Shown here piece after piece: positions 1 through 13,526 of a stretch of DNA of 64,000 nt. Source of the DNA: Cycas panzhihuaensis (lineage: Eukaryota; Plantae; Cycadophyta). A program made the position numbers and the translations under genes. The first letter of the stretch is position 1. Each line of letters starts with the position of its first letter. Location: assembly GCA_023213395.1 (NCBI GenBank), contig CM041465.1, forward strand, positions 197,043,741 to 197,107,740, written 5' to 3'. Below the pieces are notes generated by a model. The model ran no database searches. It saw only the letters and a program-made list of their open reading frames with translations, and had not been told where the DNA came from.

Positions 1-481
1 GTATTTATTGGTTTTATTTTAATTCCAAGCTTATTTGCGGTTGCTCTGTTTATAAAGTTATGTGTATTACCAGTATCGACTAGAATTGCAACAAGTGCCA
101 TTTTTATCATCTCTTAGAATTGAAGTGTTTATGGCATAACACTTTGTTCTATAATTGCTTGAAGTGATATGTGTACATTTTCTATATGTAGATTCAATAG
201 TTCGTTTACTTCATCTTCCCCTGGCTTTTCTTCGGCTTCTTCATGAATTTTCTCGGGTACTTCTTCTTCCTCCGAGATTGTCATATCTTTGGTATTAATC
301 ATATATACTTTCTTGTCGGTGCATTGATGTTCGCGATTTCACTTCATATGATATTTGAAACAAGTTCATTTCTTCACGTGTTCATTCTTTGTTGTTGTCT
401 CCTGATTATTTCTAATTGCTAATGGAGCTTAAGCTTTAGTTCTTGACTTGTTTCAATTTAGGTTAAATCCTCTTGAGTTTT
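1..481 (-). mobile_element. Ty3/gypsy (chromovirus-like) fragment: Gag C-terminus plus aspartic protease, degenerate
   Basis: Manual minus-strand translation gives TCFKYHMK*NREHQC (Gag Cys/His motif), an acidic linker, then HISLQAI...LVAILVDTGNTHNFINR (protease D-T-G motif). It runs off the left edge and has no LTR at its junction with the copia sequence at about 482. Confidence 0.8.
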
Positions 482-3400
482 CCATAGCAATTCAAATTAA
501 GCAAGATATCAACAAAAAATAACAATGTTTTGTTTATTCCAATTTTAAAGAATTAATTAATTAACTATTATTTTTTATCATAATTAAGAAAGAAGAAACT
601 TAGTGATATTTCATGAAACAGAAAATGTTATGATATGAGAAAATGAGGTGAAATCATTGTTGAAGGGGATATAAATTGATAATCTTTGTAAATTAGTTTT
701 TACTTCCATTATTTTCTCTGTAAAAACTTTTGCTATTCAGAGTACTGATAATGAAATTTGGCATTAATGTTATGGGCATATTACAAATGATAGATAAAAA
801 ATGCTAAAAAATCTTGCTATGGTTGATGGACTGCCTACTAATTTCACAATAAACTCCTATGTTTGTAAAAGTTATATGTTAGGTAAGTAACACAAAATGC
901 CATTTCAAGGAAGTAATTGGAGATTGAAAGAAAAGTTGGAATTGGTCCATAACGATATGTGTAATATAATCACACTAAACTCTTATTAATGGTGTTAAGG
1001 TATTTGTTCACTTTCATAAATGATTTCACTAGAAAAGCTTGGTATTTTTCATCTTTAGTAAGTCAGAGCCTTTTAAAGCTCAAGTTGAGCTAGAAAGTAG
1101 GTACATGATTAGAATGCTTAGAACAAATAGAAGTGTAGAATATGTTTTAAATAAAATTTTAAATTTTTGTAAAATTCATGACATTCACAAACAAATCACT
1201 ACTTTATACATTCAATAATTAAATGGAGTAGCTAAATGATTGAATAAGACTATAATAGAAATGATGCAGTGCATGATGAAAGAAAGAGATGTTTCAAACA
1301 TGTATTGGGTTAAAGCAATTAATACTATTGTTTATTTAATAAACAAAAGTCTCGCAAATGTACTTGACAAAATTACTCTAAGAAGAAGCATGGACAAGTA
1401 GAAGACCAAATGTAAGTTATCTAAAAACCTTTGGAAGCATAACTTATGCACATATTTCAATTCAAGAAAGTGCAAAATTAGATGATAAATGCATTGACTG
1501 CATTATGGTTGGGTATAGTACCAAATTAAAAGTATATCGCTACATAGATGTGAAAATAAAAAGAATCTATGTTAGCAGAGATGTAACATTTGATGAAAGT
1601 ATTTCAATTAGGAAAGATGTTGCTTGCTCACAAAAGAGTAGTTCTCAAAAGGGCATAATATTGAAAGAAACTACCAATAGTGATAGTATAACTGAGGAAG
1701 AATTAACTCCTTAAGAAAAAACAAAAGAATCAAAAACTTTGTCAGAAGCAAAAAGATTGGAAGATGTCCTAAGAAAAAGATTCTTTAAATGGCATTTAAA
1801 AAACTATAGAAGAATCAAAAGGAGATGTATTTAAGCATAGAACCAGATCTTAAAACTATCAAGCCTTGGCTTGTTCAATCAAGTCTCAAACTTTTGAAGA
1901 AGTTTGTTAGAAAATAGAATAGTACGAAGTCTTGAACAAAGAAAGAGAATCTATAGATCAAAACAAAACTTGGAAATTATTTTTTTGCCAGAAGAGAAAC
2001 TTTTTGTAGATTACAAATTGGTGTACATAATAAAAGAAAAATTAGATGGAAGTGTGGAAAAGTATAAAGCCCAACTCGTAGCAAAATGATACACTCAGAC
2101 TGCAGGCATCAATTATGAAGAAACCTTTACTCGTATAGCAAAGTTAATAACTATTCGCATAGCTATAGCTTTGACAGCGAACTATGGATGGGAACTTGTG
2201 TAATTAGATGTGAAAAGTGCCCTCCTAAATGGTGATTTTAATGAAGAAGTATATATAGAACAACCACTTGGATATGTAAAGAAAGTAGAAGAGTATCTGA
2301 GTTGTAGATTAAAAAAGGGATTGTATGTTCTAAAGCAAGTACCTAGAGCTTATTTTATAAAATTGGATTATCACCTTCAGAAAAGAGGTTTTAGTAGATG
2401 TGAAGTTGATCAAAGTCTACATAAAAGAACAAAGAGACTTGATTACCATAATTATGGTATATGTAGATGATTTAATTGTCATAGGAAATAATCGAGAAAC
2501 CATTAGTTAAGTGAAAACACATATGGAAAGTAAGTTTGAAATGATTAACATGGGTACACTTCACTATTATTTTGGCATATAAATTAAACAAGCAACGAGT
2601 GACATCTTCATATCACAATCTAACTATGCCAAGAATCTTCTAAAAAAATTCAATATAGAAGAATGTAATCAATTTATTACACTAATAGAAGTAGGTTGTA
2701 TTCTAACTATTGATGAAGATAAACATAAAAAAGTAAATGAAACTCTTTTCATACAACTTATTGGAAGTCTCATTTACCTGACAGTCACTAGATTAGACAT
2801 ATCCTTTTTTGTTGGAGTGATCTCAAGATTTATACACAATCTAAAGACTGTTCACTAGAATGTTGCAAAGAGAATTTTAAGGCATATCAAAGGCACTTTG
2901 GATCTTGAACTACAATATACCAAAGTAAATAAACCAAGCTTAATTAAATTTATTGGCTTTGATTGGGTTAGAGAGCTACAGGAACAAAAATCCACATTAG
3001 GCTATTGTTTCAGTCTTAAAACAGCTGTGACATCATGGAGTAGTAAAAAGCAACAAAAAATTGCCCTACCCTCAACAGAAACAGAGTATAAAGCTGCAGT
3101 AAGTGCAACTTGTGAAGCAATTTGACTGAGATAACTGTTGAATGATCTAAATAATGATTGATAGAAGGCAATTACAATCTACTATGATAATCAAAGTGTG
3201 ATCAGACTCACCAAAAATTCTATCTTCCATGCAAGGAATGGACACATAGAAATTCATTATTGCTTTATTAGAGAAAAGGTAAAAATTAAAGAGATTGACT
3301 TACAATATTACACCATTGATTAATAAGTTGTTGATATCTTCACAAAATCTTTATCAAAAGATAAATTTCAATATTTCAGGGATCTGCTTGGGTTGAAAAA
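482..3400 (+). pseudogene. Copia pol pseudogene (integrase, reverse transcriptase, RNase H)
   Basis: ORFs 1505-1714, 1904-2089, 2210-2470 and 2898-3125 are pieces of one polyprotein broken by stops and frameshifts. Confidence 0.9.
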
Positions 3401-3416
3401 CGATGGATAAAATATT

Positions 3417-3425
3417 AAAGGAGGG
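3417..3425 (+). other. Polypurine tract of Copia-A1
   Basis: AAAGGAGGG immediately before the TG start of the 3' LTR. Confidence 0.8.
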
Positions 3426-3645
3426 TGTTAGAATATTAATGTTTTATCCCAAGTTTTGTACTATAGTGTTCTTTATGAAAATTGAGGGTAAGGTGTCATT
3501 GTCCCTCTTTTGTCTTAAAACGACACTTGTCACATTTGTTATTTATGTACTAATCAACTATGTAAATTAGTTGTATATAAGAGAGATCACCCTCTCTCAT
3601 CAATCAATAAAGCAATCCTCACTTTCTTCAGTTTTGTTTTCATCA
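3426..3645 (+). repeat. 3' LTR of Copia-A1 (220 bp)
   Basis: TGTTAGAATATTAATG...TTTTCATCA. Homologous to 11447-11676. Confidence 0.9.
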
Positions 3646-4079
3646 GTTTGACTATAAACAAACAAGGGAGGCAACTCAACTCGACACTATAAGAAGTCAA
3701 TCTTATTCTTTATCTATCTAGGGTTTGAAAACAAAAGTAGGCATTTATAGTAAATAAATAAGGATAAAGGATTGGCAAAATCATATTATAAACTCTGATT
3801 TTGGGAGAAATATGTTATCTTTTAGAGATTAATTATGAAATTGGCCTTAAGAAGCGAGAAATGAGACCATGGAACAAGGTAAAATTGTAAAAGGGGCAGA
3901 TAGTTTCTTTCCACTTCATGAAGTATTCTTTTGCCATGATGATGAATTTGTGGCTAGCTAAAGATGGTGGATGAATTTGACCAATCAAATCCAAACTCCA
4001 ATGTGGAAAGGGTCAAGGAGATATAATTCTCTTTATAGATGTGGAGGGTTAGTGTATAAGGTTTGCATGCACTTAGCAT

Positions 4080-5040
4080 TTCTCACATTTGCAAGAAAAA
4101 ATATAACCATAGTTGAGGTGGTTAGAAGCATGCTCAAGGATGAGTATCTTGGCAATGAATATTGGGCTAAAGAAATTTATATTTTTATTTATTTATGAAG
4201 GGTGTATTTTCTATATAAATTTAAGTTAAAGAAGCATGATTTAGATAATTATCTCTCGACATAGGTGAAGACAAAAAGAAGTAAGAGAAAAAAGTGGAGA
4301 GTAAAGCTTGATCGATCCATCAATGAGCCACTAGAGCTTTTAGAGAAAATGATTGAGGAGGCAGGAGAGCTACATCTTAGCCACTTATCAATAGTGCTAT
4401 GAATCCATAAGTATACTAAAGAAGGGGAAAGTAGGTAGGTTTTCTAACCCCACTAAGCTTTGATATATAAATTACATAGAGTAATTTGTATATTCAAGGA
4501 TAACAAGTTTTCAATAGAAATAGGAGCAAAGTTGACATTCTATAATTAATTACAACCTAATCCATAATTAAGGATTGGCTACTACTTACAAATCATAGTT
4601 TTGGCCCATTTAGTACTTCCACTAGTTCGAATATGTATTAGGTGCATTATTTAGAGACTTTGAGTCTTACTTGTGATCGATCGTGGCACATAGTTAATCA
4701 AATCTTATCTACCTACTTGAATAATAATGAAAATAATAAATTAATAGGTAACAACATCATTTTGGCACCTAAGGTTGGTCGTATGTCATTCTCCAAAGGT
4801 GAATAGTGGAGAGCAAAGGTGGTCTACATTGGCTCACTAATACATCTACCTCAGACATCTATGGACTAATGGCAATAGTGTCAATTGCAAAAGCAAAATA
4901 TTTTCTAGACTTTCATTGATGATTTTACTAGGTAAGTTTAGGTCTACCCTATTAGGAAAAAGTCACATTCTTTCATCATCTTCAAGTAGTTTAAGGAGTA
5001 CGTCAAGATTAAGGTCAACAACTAAAGTTCTTGATATTGA
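4080..5040 (+). mobile_element. Scattered, highly decayed copia integrase remnants
   Basis: About 4080-4200 reads ITIVEVVRSMLKDEYLGNEYWAK..IYL. About 4850-5030 reads SDIYG...KYF..FIDDFTR*V*VYPIRKKS..F..FK*FK. Both resemble the copia integrase core. Confidence 0.55.
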
Positions 5041-8000
5041 ATACTAGGAAGCATCCTCATTTAAAATATTACTAGTCACTTGGCTACTAAAGCCACATCT
5101 TAGTTCCAGATACAAATATAACTAAGGCCTCTTATCACCATTCTATAGATAACAAATACTCTAAAGCTATCTTGGAAACTGTCCATATGTTAAGTTTTTA
5201 ACTATAAAAAAATCTTAACTAGGGATTGAAACCTATTATATGCGAAGCTAATGGAGCAGGCGGAAGAGCAATCTGGAAGTTTTTCAATTGCATGTAATGG
5301 GAGGAAAGTGAGTTGAAGTTCTAGGCAACCATCTCATAAAGTTTATCAACCTATAGGGCAAGGAAAATATTTGCCCATTTCATTTCCAGTATATACATTT
5401 ATGACTAATCCCAAAGTTGTTTCCAAAGTTATTTTCTGGTGTTTTGGTTTATAGCACACTTTTTTTTCCATTTTCAATAACAACAATAATGTGAATCAGT
5501 TTTTTTTTAAATTTTTTTCAAGAAGTCTAGAGAAGTCACTTCTTGTGGAGGGAGGGGACTTAGACCAAATAAAGGAATGAAATTGAAGTAGCTTATATGA
5601 AGAATACATCTACTACAAAAAAATGTTGTGATAAGAAACATTTAATTTTTCATGCTTTTCCCGATGACAAATTTTTTTGGTTAAAATAGTTATGTTAAAT
5701 CTATTTTTTATTGTATGAATTAGGCGTTCAATTTCTTTTGGAAAAAGGCATCTATTTTTCAATAATGTCCTTGTCATTTGATTCAATAACATTATGTTAG
5801 GAACATATTTGATAAATATTTATAACTCTAAGACGGAATATTATAAAGAAAAGATTAACTCGATAATGAATTATTGGTTTCAAGCCATCTTTGGTGATGA
5901 ATTAATAATTCGAAGCAATCAACCTTCTCTTGTGCCCTTCCCTTTGCTATATGAAATAAAGTGATTACCTTCTTTCGCTATGTAAAGTAGAGGGCTAACT
6001 TGGATATATTGCTTGTATCTCCTTGTGTGTGTAGTCTATATTTACTTAATTTAAAATAGTAGCTGATTTTTGATAATGCTATCTATGATTGTGGGCATAG
6101 TACATAGACAATGGTTGACTATTGTGTATGCACTATGCCACATCCACTTTATAACAACAAGGGCCATCTACTTTGTCACTACATACTCCATTATTCTACT
6201 ATGCCTAACTTTTGCATGTTTGCATTTACAAATGAAGCTTTAATAGATAACTTTGAGTATTTCAATACTAAGCTTAGTTAGACTTTTGGTACTATATTCC
6301 TAGGCAACATTTTATTATTACTTGCCTACTTGAAAACCAATTTTGAGTGTTGAATGAAACACTTGTAGCTATCTTCGGTTACCTACGATAACATGCTACT
6401 ATAATTTATTTAGTCTTATTAGTTTAGTGTGTCTCATTTTTTATAAAAATTTTAAATAGAAAGAGCATTCAAATATGCTTTCAGTAAATCCAATCCTAGG
6501 TAATTTGAAGTTTTGTAGCTTCCAAAGTAATGTTTAGAAATTGATAGAAAATTGGAGAGCTTGGGACAACATTACCACCACTCACACAAGTGATTACAAT
6601 TATCTTTTGATATCTAGGTTGAATGGAACTATTTCTTAATTAAGGTTAGCATCTAATTAGTTCCAAAAAGAAAAAAGAAGAGATTTCAATTGGATGCTTT
6701 GTAGCCTTTTTGGGCATATAGAACAACCTTAATAGCAGCTCAAAATTGAATAACTTGAATCTTTTATCAACTTTGATTAAAATATGTAGTATAACTCCTC
6801 AATATTTATGGCACATATGTACTTAAGTTTGTAGTTAGTTTTGTTGAAGTAAATCATTTGAATGTCTAATAAAGTTGCTTTGTGTTAGAAATCTTATTTG
6901 GTTAAAACCATGCTCTTATGCCACTTGTAGCACATGTTGAGCATTATTATTGAATTTATTTTGGATTGGGGACCTTGTCTTTATGAACACAAGTTATGGA
7001 ATAAAATACTTGAAATGAAAAACCTAAAAATTATGATAAATAGTTATCCTTCAATATAATGTTTCCATCTATAATAGCTTTTAATTTTGTTGTGAATAAT
7101 AATTCATAGTAAGGTTTGAAGGTATGCCTATTGTTTGTATGAGGTTTTGTGACTTGTATGTGTAATGAGTCTTTATTTTAATGACTATGAAAGTCAGCTC
7201 TATGGAGGGGTTTATTATTTGGTTATAAATATGGGAGTTGGCATAATCCAAAGACATGATCTTCTTATTTGTTGAACAATGGATTAAAATCCATTTTTTG
7301 GCACTTTAATGATATGCATGCTCTCTATCTGCTATTGTTATTTGACATTCATCATTATTTATTTCATTGTATTCTTTGCTTAGTATGATAATTGGTTGTT
7401 GAATAAGTGTCAGTGAATATTTTTGTTAATTATCTGAGGGCCTATTTCAATATATATTAGAGCTAGATTTCGATTATCCTCTCACACTAGATTTATCATC
7501 AATAAATCCTATAGTTTTTTATCTTACCTCTATTACTCTATATTAGGACCCATTTTTGTTAGTAATGGGTAAATAGTGGATATTGTGTTAACAAAAGAGA
7601 ATTAGTTAGGTTTTGTAGTTAGAAGTAGTTACCAAACAACAACGACAGTTCCAAAGAATATATATATGTAATAAGAACATATGAGGGGTATGCATTGTTA
7701 TGCATCCTGATCTTAGTGGATGGTGCTAAACTTATATAGGATGATTATATCTTGCCTTGTGTATAACCAATTTTGACATAATATATTATGTGTTGTGTAT
7801 ATTTTGTGTCGTGTACATTCTGTGTTATGTGCCTGAATACTATTCATATGTTGTTTATGTGTTGTCATAGTTGAGTACTGTTCATATGTTACTATAAGAA
7901 TACAATTGATTGCGTTGCACAATACCATCTAATCTCTTCCTATCATGAACCCACATTTTATAGTTAGCACTCTAATTCTTCTGTAAGTGAATGTTTTATT

Positions 8001-9749
8001 ATATCTTTGTCCTTTGTAAGCTCTCTTCCTTTCTTATATCCTCCATTTTCCTTAATTGTGTGTTTTTTACTCCATTTCCTTATTCTCTACTTGCCCATCT
8101 CATTCCATCACAATTGGCCCATTAAGTGTGAGTAGGTAGATGAATTTAAACTTTAGGGAATGTAGGTTGCATATGTGTGAATGTGTCACTGTTGATAGGT
8201 TTCAGATGTGAAATCACTTTGGAGTACATATCCCATAAAAGTAAATTGAGTATATAATATTTACATTGGCATGAACCCTCAAAATTATGGATTGAATATT
8301 TGATACTAACATTAGCATGGGTATGTTAGAATCCCTTGGATTGAATTCAATTTTACATAGGAGATGGCCAAAACAATGCACTAGTAGTAGATTAAATCTA
8401 TAGGAAATGAATAATGTCTTTGAAGTTGAAGTGTTTTACTAATTTGAATGGAGGCAAGCCTTGAATATTCCACATTTAAAATTTGAAGCAAATGAAGAGG
8501 GGAAAACATTAAAATTTGAATTTGTATATTGAGCTACCAATATGTAGAGGTAGCCCCCAGTTCAAATGATTTGGAGTAAGATCTGTTATTCATGAGACAA
8601 GAACCTCTACATGCAACCTGAGTTAGATCATGTGAGAAGTGATGAGATCTTGAATAATTTGAGCTTAATCAATGCATACTAAGAGGTGACATACTTAAGT
8701 GCAGGAGAGGGGAGCTCCTTATCATCTTTAGACTTGAATTGTAAGGCGATTTAAAGTCAACATTCAACGAGAAGGTAGACCCCTTAAAGACCTACAAATA
8801 CATGTAGGTAGGCTTACCTCAATTTGATGCACAAATGTAAGGCCAAGGGGGTTTTACATACAAAGACCCATGCGAGTAAACCTATTCAAATTTGACATAT
8901 AAAACCTCAGCTTGATCCTTCTCTTTTTAGAATGAATAGATAGGCACTGCCCTTCCCTTCGTTACACTCAGGAAAGGGATAACCCTAAAGATAAGGTGGA
9001 TATGTACTATGTTATATATAAACACTCAATCTCTATTTGGCATCGTATTCCCACGGTTTTTAGCCTTTCCTATTTGGTTACCATGCAAATGCTCTTGAAG
9101 AAAGAAGATAGGGTGCATTGATGTCTTACTATAACATTGGAGGACTTGGTTGGAATTTGAATCTCAAAAGTTGTCACAATAGGGTGAAACATGATCGAGG
9201 TGCATATTTGAACTTAGAATCATACCACAAGTCATCATTTCATTTTCTCTTTTTCCTTTTTTTCTATAATCTTAATTTTCAAAATTATTTAAATCATGAT
9301 GTCCCATAAAATATTCTAAGTTTAATTTTAGAATTATGACTTTTTTGAAGGAGACTTTTTCCATATTTTCAATGTCATTTGTTGGATATGCATATAATTA
9401 TTGGGTCATCTTAACACAAGGGCAACATTTATTCTTGCTTGAATTTGCAATCGATCAATGATGGCAAGCATCCCATAACTTGCTATTAAATATTATATTC
9501 AAATTGACAATGCAAAATTATGCCCTATATATGGGAATACATTTATAGGACACTTATTTGACTATTATTGTAGAAAAAGAGCACTTAGTAGCAAAGAGGA
9601 AAACCTAATAGAGGAGGAGCCCATATGTAAATGAGAAGAGCAATGCCTATATGAGTAAGGTATCGAGGAGAGTTTTCCATTGGTGAGCAAATTAAAGAGA
9701 AAGTTGGTACCTTCATTATTCCTCTTGAATTTGCACATAGCATGGTATT

Positions 9750-11446
9750 AGAAAACTTTGCTCGTCAAGAATCCATAGTGAAATCATACCTTAAACCCCT
9801 TAATTCCCATCTTATTGGGGTTGAAATCTTGATTCCATTTGACACACTTCACCTATCACTTTCTTGTCACTAAAGCTCACTGTTTAAGAAGTCCTCGAAG
9901 GAAAAATTTGCATCATGGTATCTCTTGTCCTCTTCCTAAACCTTCGTTTATATTACTTCCTAGTTCTAATAATGTACATCCCTTTTATACGGCTTTATAC
10001 TTTCTTTCTCTACCCCCAAAGTTGTCTTACAAGAAATATTTCTATTCTCTATCATTTTTTTCACTTACCCCGATGCATTTCCCCATATATCTTTCCTATA
10101 GCTCCTTATCAAAACCATTGTTCCATAAAGAATACCTAGAACTTATCCCCTATTCATTTCCTAAAAACCCCTAGTGTGATAGTCTCCAAGTTTGCTTACA
10201 TACCTTATCATAATCTACCTTTTATCATTTACATCACCATTCACAATTACCACACATCTCCTTTGTTTGTCCTTATCATTTATCTATGTGAGTCATAGTT
10301 GTTTGCCAACACCTCTCATTCATAATCCTCTTCTCCTTATCAATTCCTTCTACATGTCATCCCCTAGATTTACTTCTAGTACAACACGCCGTTGGCCTTT
10401 ATTTTCCTTGTGTCTCACCAATGTTTTTGATATGCATCTAGCTTCCATCATATCGTCTAACCCTCATTCTCCATGTGTCCTCTATAGCTTCTACACAAGT
10501 GTCATCCCCTAATCCTGTTGGTATCTTATGCCACCAATACTTATTTCCCATGTACCTCTTTTCCATGTTTAATAAATACTTATAGTGCCCCTCATCAAAC
10601 CCTTGTTAATGACTATCTTCTACATCTTTCCCTTTATTCACATAAAATTCATGGTGCTTCTCCTACCTTTAACCTAATATTCTCCAACAAGCCCTTTGTA
10701 TGTCTTACTCCTTAGTATTATTCTTAACCCATGTTGTTTTAAACTCTCATCAATCCTACTCTAGCTTGTATTCCCTAAAATTTCTCTTCATACATTTCTA
10801 GCTATAATCTTGCTCCTCATCCTTGTTCCTTATCATCCCTATCATACTCTTCATTACTTAAACACCCTTCTCACGTACTTTGTATCTATTTCCTACATCC
10901 TAACTCTATCGTTTTCCCACTAACCTCTTATATTTTTCATTGTTTGATTTTTAACAAAAATCATTTCATCATCATTACCATCAATCACCCTTTTACCTAT
11001 ATATAATGTTGCATCCAGAATTTTCTAGGTCTTACATGACCTATTGGCTCCTCATATCTTCCAAACCTCCTACACTTGATAACCCTAATTTTCTTACCTA
11101 AGCTACATTATTTCCTATTATTACTTCATCCCTCTACAAACCTCTACACTTTCCCTTTTAACATATCCTCCTTTTATGTACTTGATTAAATCTCTTATCT
11201 ACTTGATAATCCTATTATGCCGAGTTACCCAAACTTTGATTCTTATCTTTCTATCCTTTACTACACCTCTTAACAACATGAAACTCCTATTATTCTCCTT
11301 AATCTACATCTCATCACTTACTTTCTAATTCCATAAATCTCTATTTAACCTCCTCATAATTAAGAAATCCCGACTTTATCTTTTAATATGTATCCTTTAT
11401 TCACACCCAACACACCTCCTCATCCCCAAATCTTTCTTCTATTTTG
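9750..11446 (-). mobile_element. Degenerate LINE (L1-like ORF2, endonuclease-to-RT linker region), cut by the Copia-A2 insertion
   Basis: Strong purine skew on the minus strand. Manual translation gives FYVNK...YWWHKIPTGLGDDTCVEAIEDTW, KLGDYHTRVF (cf. GD.NT.FFH) and PNKMGIKGF (cf. K.PGPDGF), in LINE ORF2 order. No LTRs. Confidence 0.5.
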
Positions 11447-11676
11447 TGTTAGAATATTAATGTTTTATCCTAAGTTTTGTACTATAGTGTTTTTTATGTA
11501 AATTGAGGGTTAGGTGTCAATCTCCCTCTTTTGTCTTAAAATGACACTTGTCACACTTGTTGACATTTGTCATTCATGTACTAATCAATTATATAAATCA
11601 ATTGTATATAAGAGGGATCATTGTCTCTCATCAATCAATGAAGCAATCTTCATTTTCTCTAATTTAGTTTTCATCA
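11447..11676 (+). repeat. 5' LTR of Copia-A2 (230 bp)
   Basis: TGTTAGAATATTAATG...TTTTCATCA, directly followed by the PBS. Confidence 0.92.
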
Positions 11677-11688
11677 TGGTATCTGAGT
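11677..11688 (+). other. Primer-binding site (tRNA-iMet) of Copia-A2
   Basis: TGGTATCTGAGT versus canonical TGGTATCAGAGC. Confidence 0.85.
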
Positions 11689-12357
11689 AAGTCTAATAGA
11701 AAGATATATTGAATCCAAACAGATTAAAGTTAGATAGAGATATCAAATTATGAGTTTAAGAAATTAAGTAAGAAGGAAGGAGATAAAGTTCTAAAGGAAA
11801 GATAAGTGAAATTATAGGCCAGACAAAGTTGTATAACATTGTATAGAATTGTACGAACTTATATGGATAACAAATTTAAAGTTTTTAGAATTGAGTAAAA
11901 ATTTACTACTAGAGACATCTCAAGGAATAGATTCTAATGTCCTAAAAAAGTGTTTACAGATTCAGGTTCGATAAGTGGAAAAATGTAGAAAACTAAGTGT
12001 GCATGTTTTGGGCTTCTTTAGTAGATTTCTTCATATTTTCTTCATTTTAGATTAAGTGAGTGGACTTAAAAATTTCCTTATGTCATAAACTTTCTATCAA
12101 CTATAAGTTTGTAAGATTTCATTAAGGATTTTTTAAGTTATAAGCAAAAGCATGATCTAAAAATTTTCTCACTATAGAACTCCTTTCTAAAATCTAACTT
12201 CAAATTTCTGTACATGAAGTTAAAATCTACATTTTGAAGGAGTTTTTAAAGGTTTGTACACTTATACTTTTTGTACATCTGTGCAACCATATGGACTTGG
12301 ACTACCATAATCATCCAAAATTTTGAGTTTGTAGTTTCTCCTTCTAAGCATCCAAAA

Positions 12358-13526
12358 ATGGCCTTAATCTACTCTTTGAGAAAGCTAGATAGGCTAACAT
12401 GCCAAAATTATGTTGCCTAAAAAATTGAAATAAAGAGAATTTTAATTACAAAAAGTGCATGGGATATTATTGCTAAAAGGGAGACAAAACCAACTATTGA
12501 TGCTACAAAAATTGTTAGTTAGGAAGAAAGCGATAGACAAGCTCTAGCCATAATTACCTTATCCATAAGTGATTCTATCTTGACATATATTAGTGAAGCT
12601 ACTTTCTCAGTTAAATCTTGGAAAGTCCTTGCTTCACTATTTAGTCAAAAGAATGAGGCTTATCTCATCACTCTTAGAGAGCAACTTTATTGGCTTTACT
12701 TAAAGGAGGGTAAGCAAGTCACAAATTTCATTACCAAATTGGTAGAAATTAAGGACAATCTAGATTTTATAGGTGAATCAATATCAAACATTAAAATTAT
12801 TTGCGTAATACTTAATAAATTACCAAAATCTTTTGATAATCTGGTAAATACTCTTACTATTGGAGGGCAAGTCAAAAACATGTCATTCGATACTTTATGC
12901 GGGCATCGTCTTCAGTAAGAGTAGAGAATTTATATATACGAGGAGGAATCAGAGGTTGAAGAAGCCTTTGTCTCAAGACTCAAAATTAGTGAATGAGGAA
13001 GGGGTACAAGAGGAAGGTTAGTAGAGACAAAAACTGATAGAGGAAGATTTATTAAAGGATTAAGCAGCGGAAGATCAACAAATAACTGGGTATATTATCA
13101 TTATGGAAGATCAAGTCATATTGGTACATAATGTAGAATAAGAGAAAGTTATATTTGTTATTATTGTGGTAGCTATGGACATCTTTCAAGTAATTACTTT
13201 TATAAAAGAGTTGAAATTTCAAAAGGAAGGCATGTTGAAGGAAATTACAATAAAGAAGAACTTAAAGATGAAGACAAAGAAGAGATTACCTTTGTTACTA
13301 CCCTTGTCTCGTGTGCTAGAGATAGTAAAGAATGGTTCATTTATATTAGTGCTTTAAATCACTTGAGTAGGAGATAAGATTGGTTTAAGATCTTACTTCC
13401 ATATTCAACAAACAAAATTGTAGAGCTTGGTGATGACAATTCTTTGAAGATTAAAGGCAATGGAGCCATAGAAATTCAATTTAAGTAAAATATCAAGAAA
13501 ATTGGTAATGTATTATTTGTTCCAGG
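12358..13526 (+). pseudogene. Copia-A2 gag and protease pseudogene
   Basis: UBN2-type Gag (ORF 12580-12918), RG-rich stretch, two CCHC-like knuckles (13093-13197), and a protease-like WFIYISALNHL. Confidence 0.85.

Larger units (their letters stand above)
482..3645 (+). mobile_element. Ty1/copia LTR retrotransposon Copia-A1, 5'-truncated (end of PR, INT, RT, RH, PPT, 3' LTR)
   Basis: ORF fragments show copia motifs in INT-RT-RH order: IYVSRDVTFDE, DGSVEKYKAQLVAK, DVKSALLNG..EEVYIEQP, STLGYCF..WSSKKQ..IALPSTETEY. They are followed by a PPT and an LTR. The sequence is collinear with Copia-A2 from CCATAG at 482. Confidence 0.93.

Noticed and set aside
6050-6600. Possible hAT transposase dimerisation-domain remnant on the minus strand
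   Set aside because: The resemblance is faint and needs several frameshifts, and I found no TIRs or TSD.
3426-11676. Two similar direct repeats (3426-3645 and 11447-11676) that look like the LTR pair of one 8-kb element
   Set aside because: The first is preceded by pol and a PPT, so it is a 3' LTR. The second is followed by a PBS and gag, so it is a 5' LTR. They belong to two separate copies of the same family.
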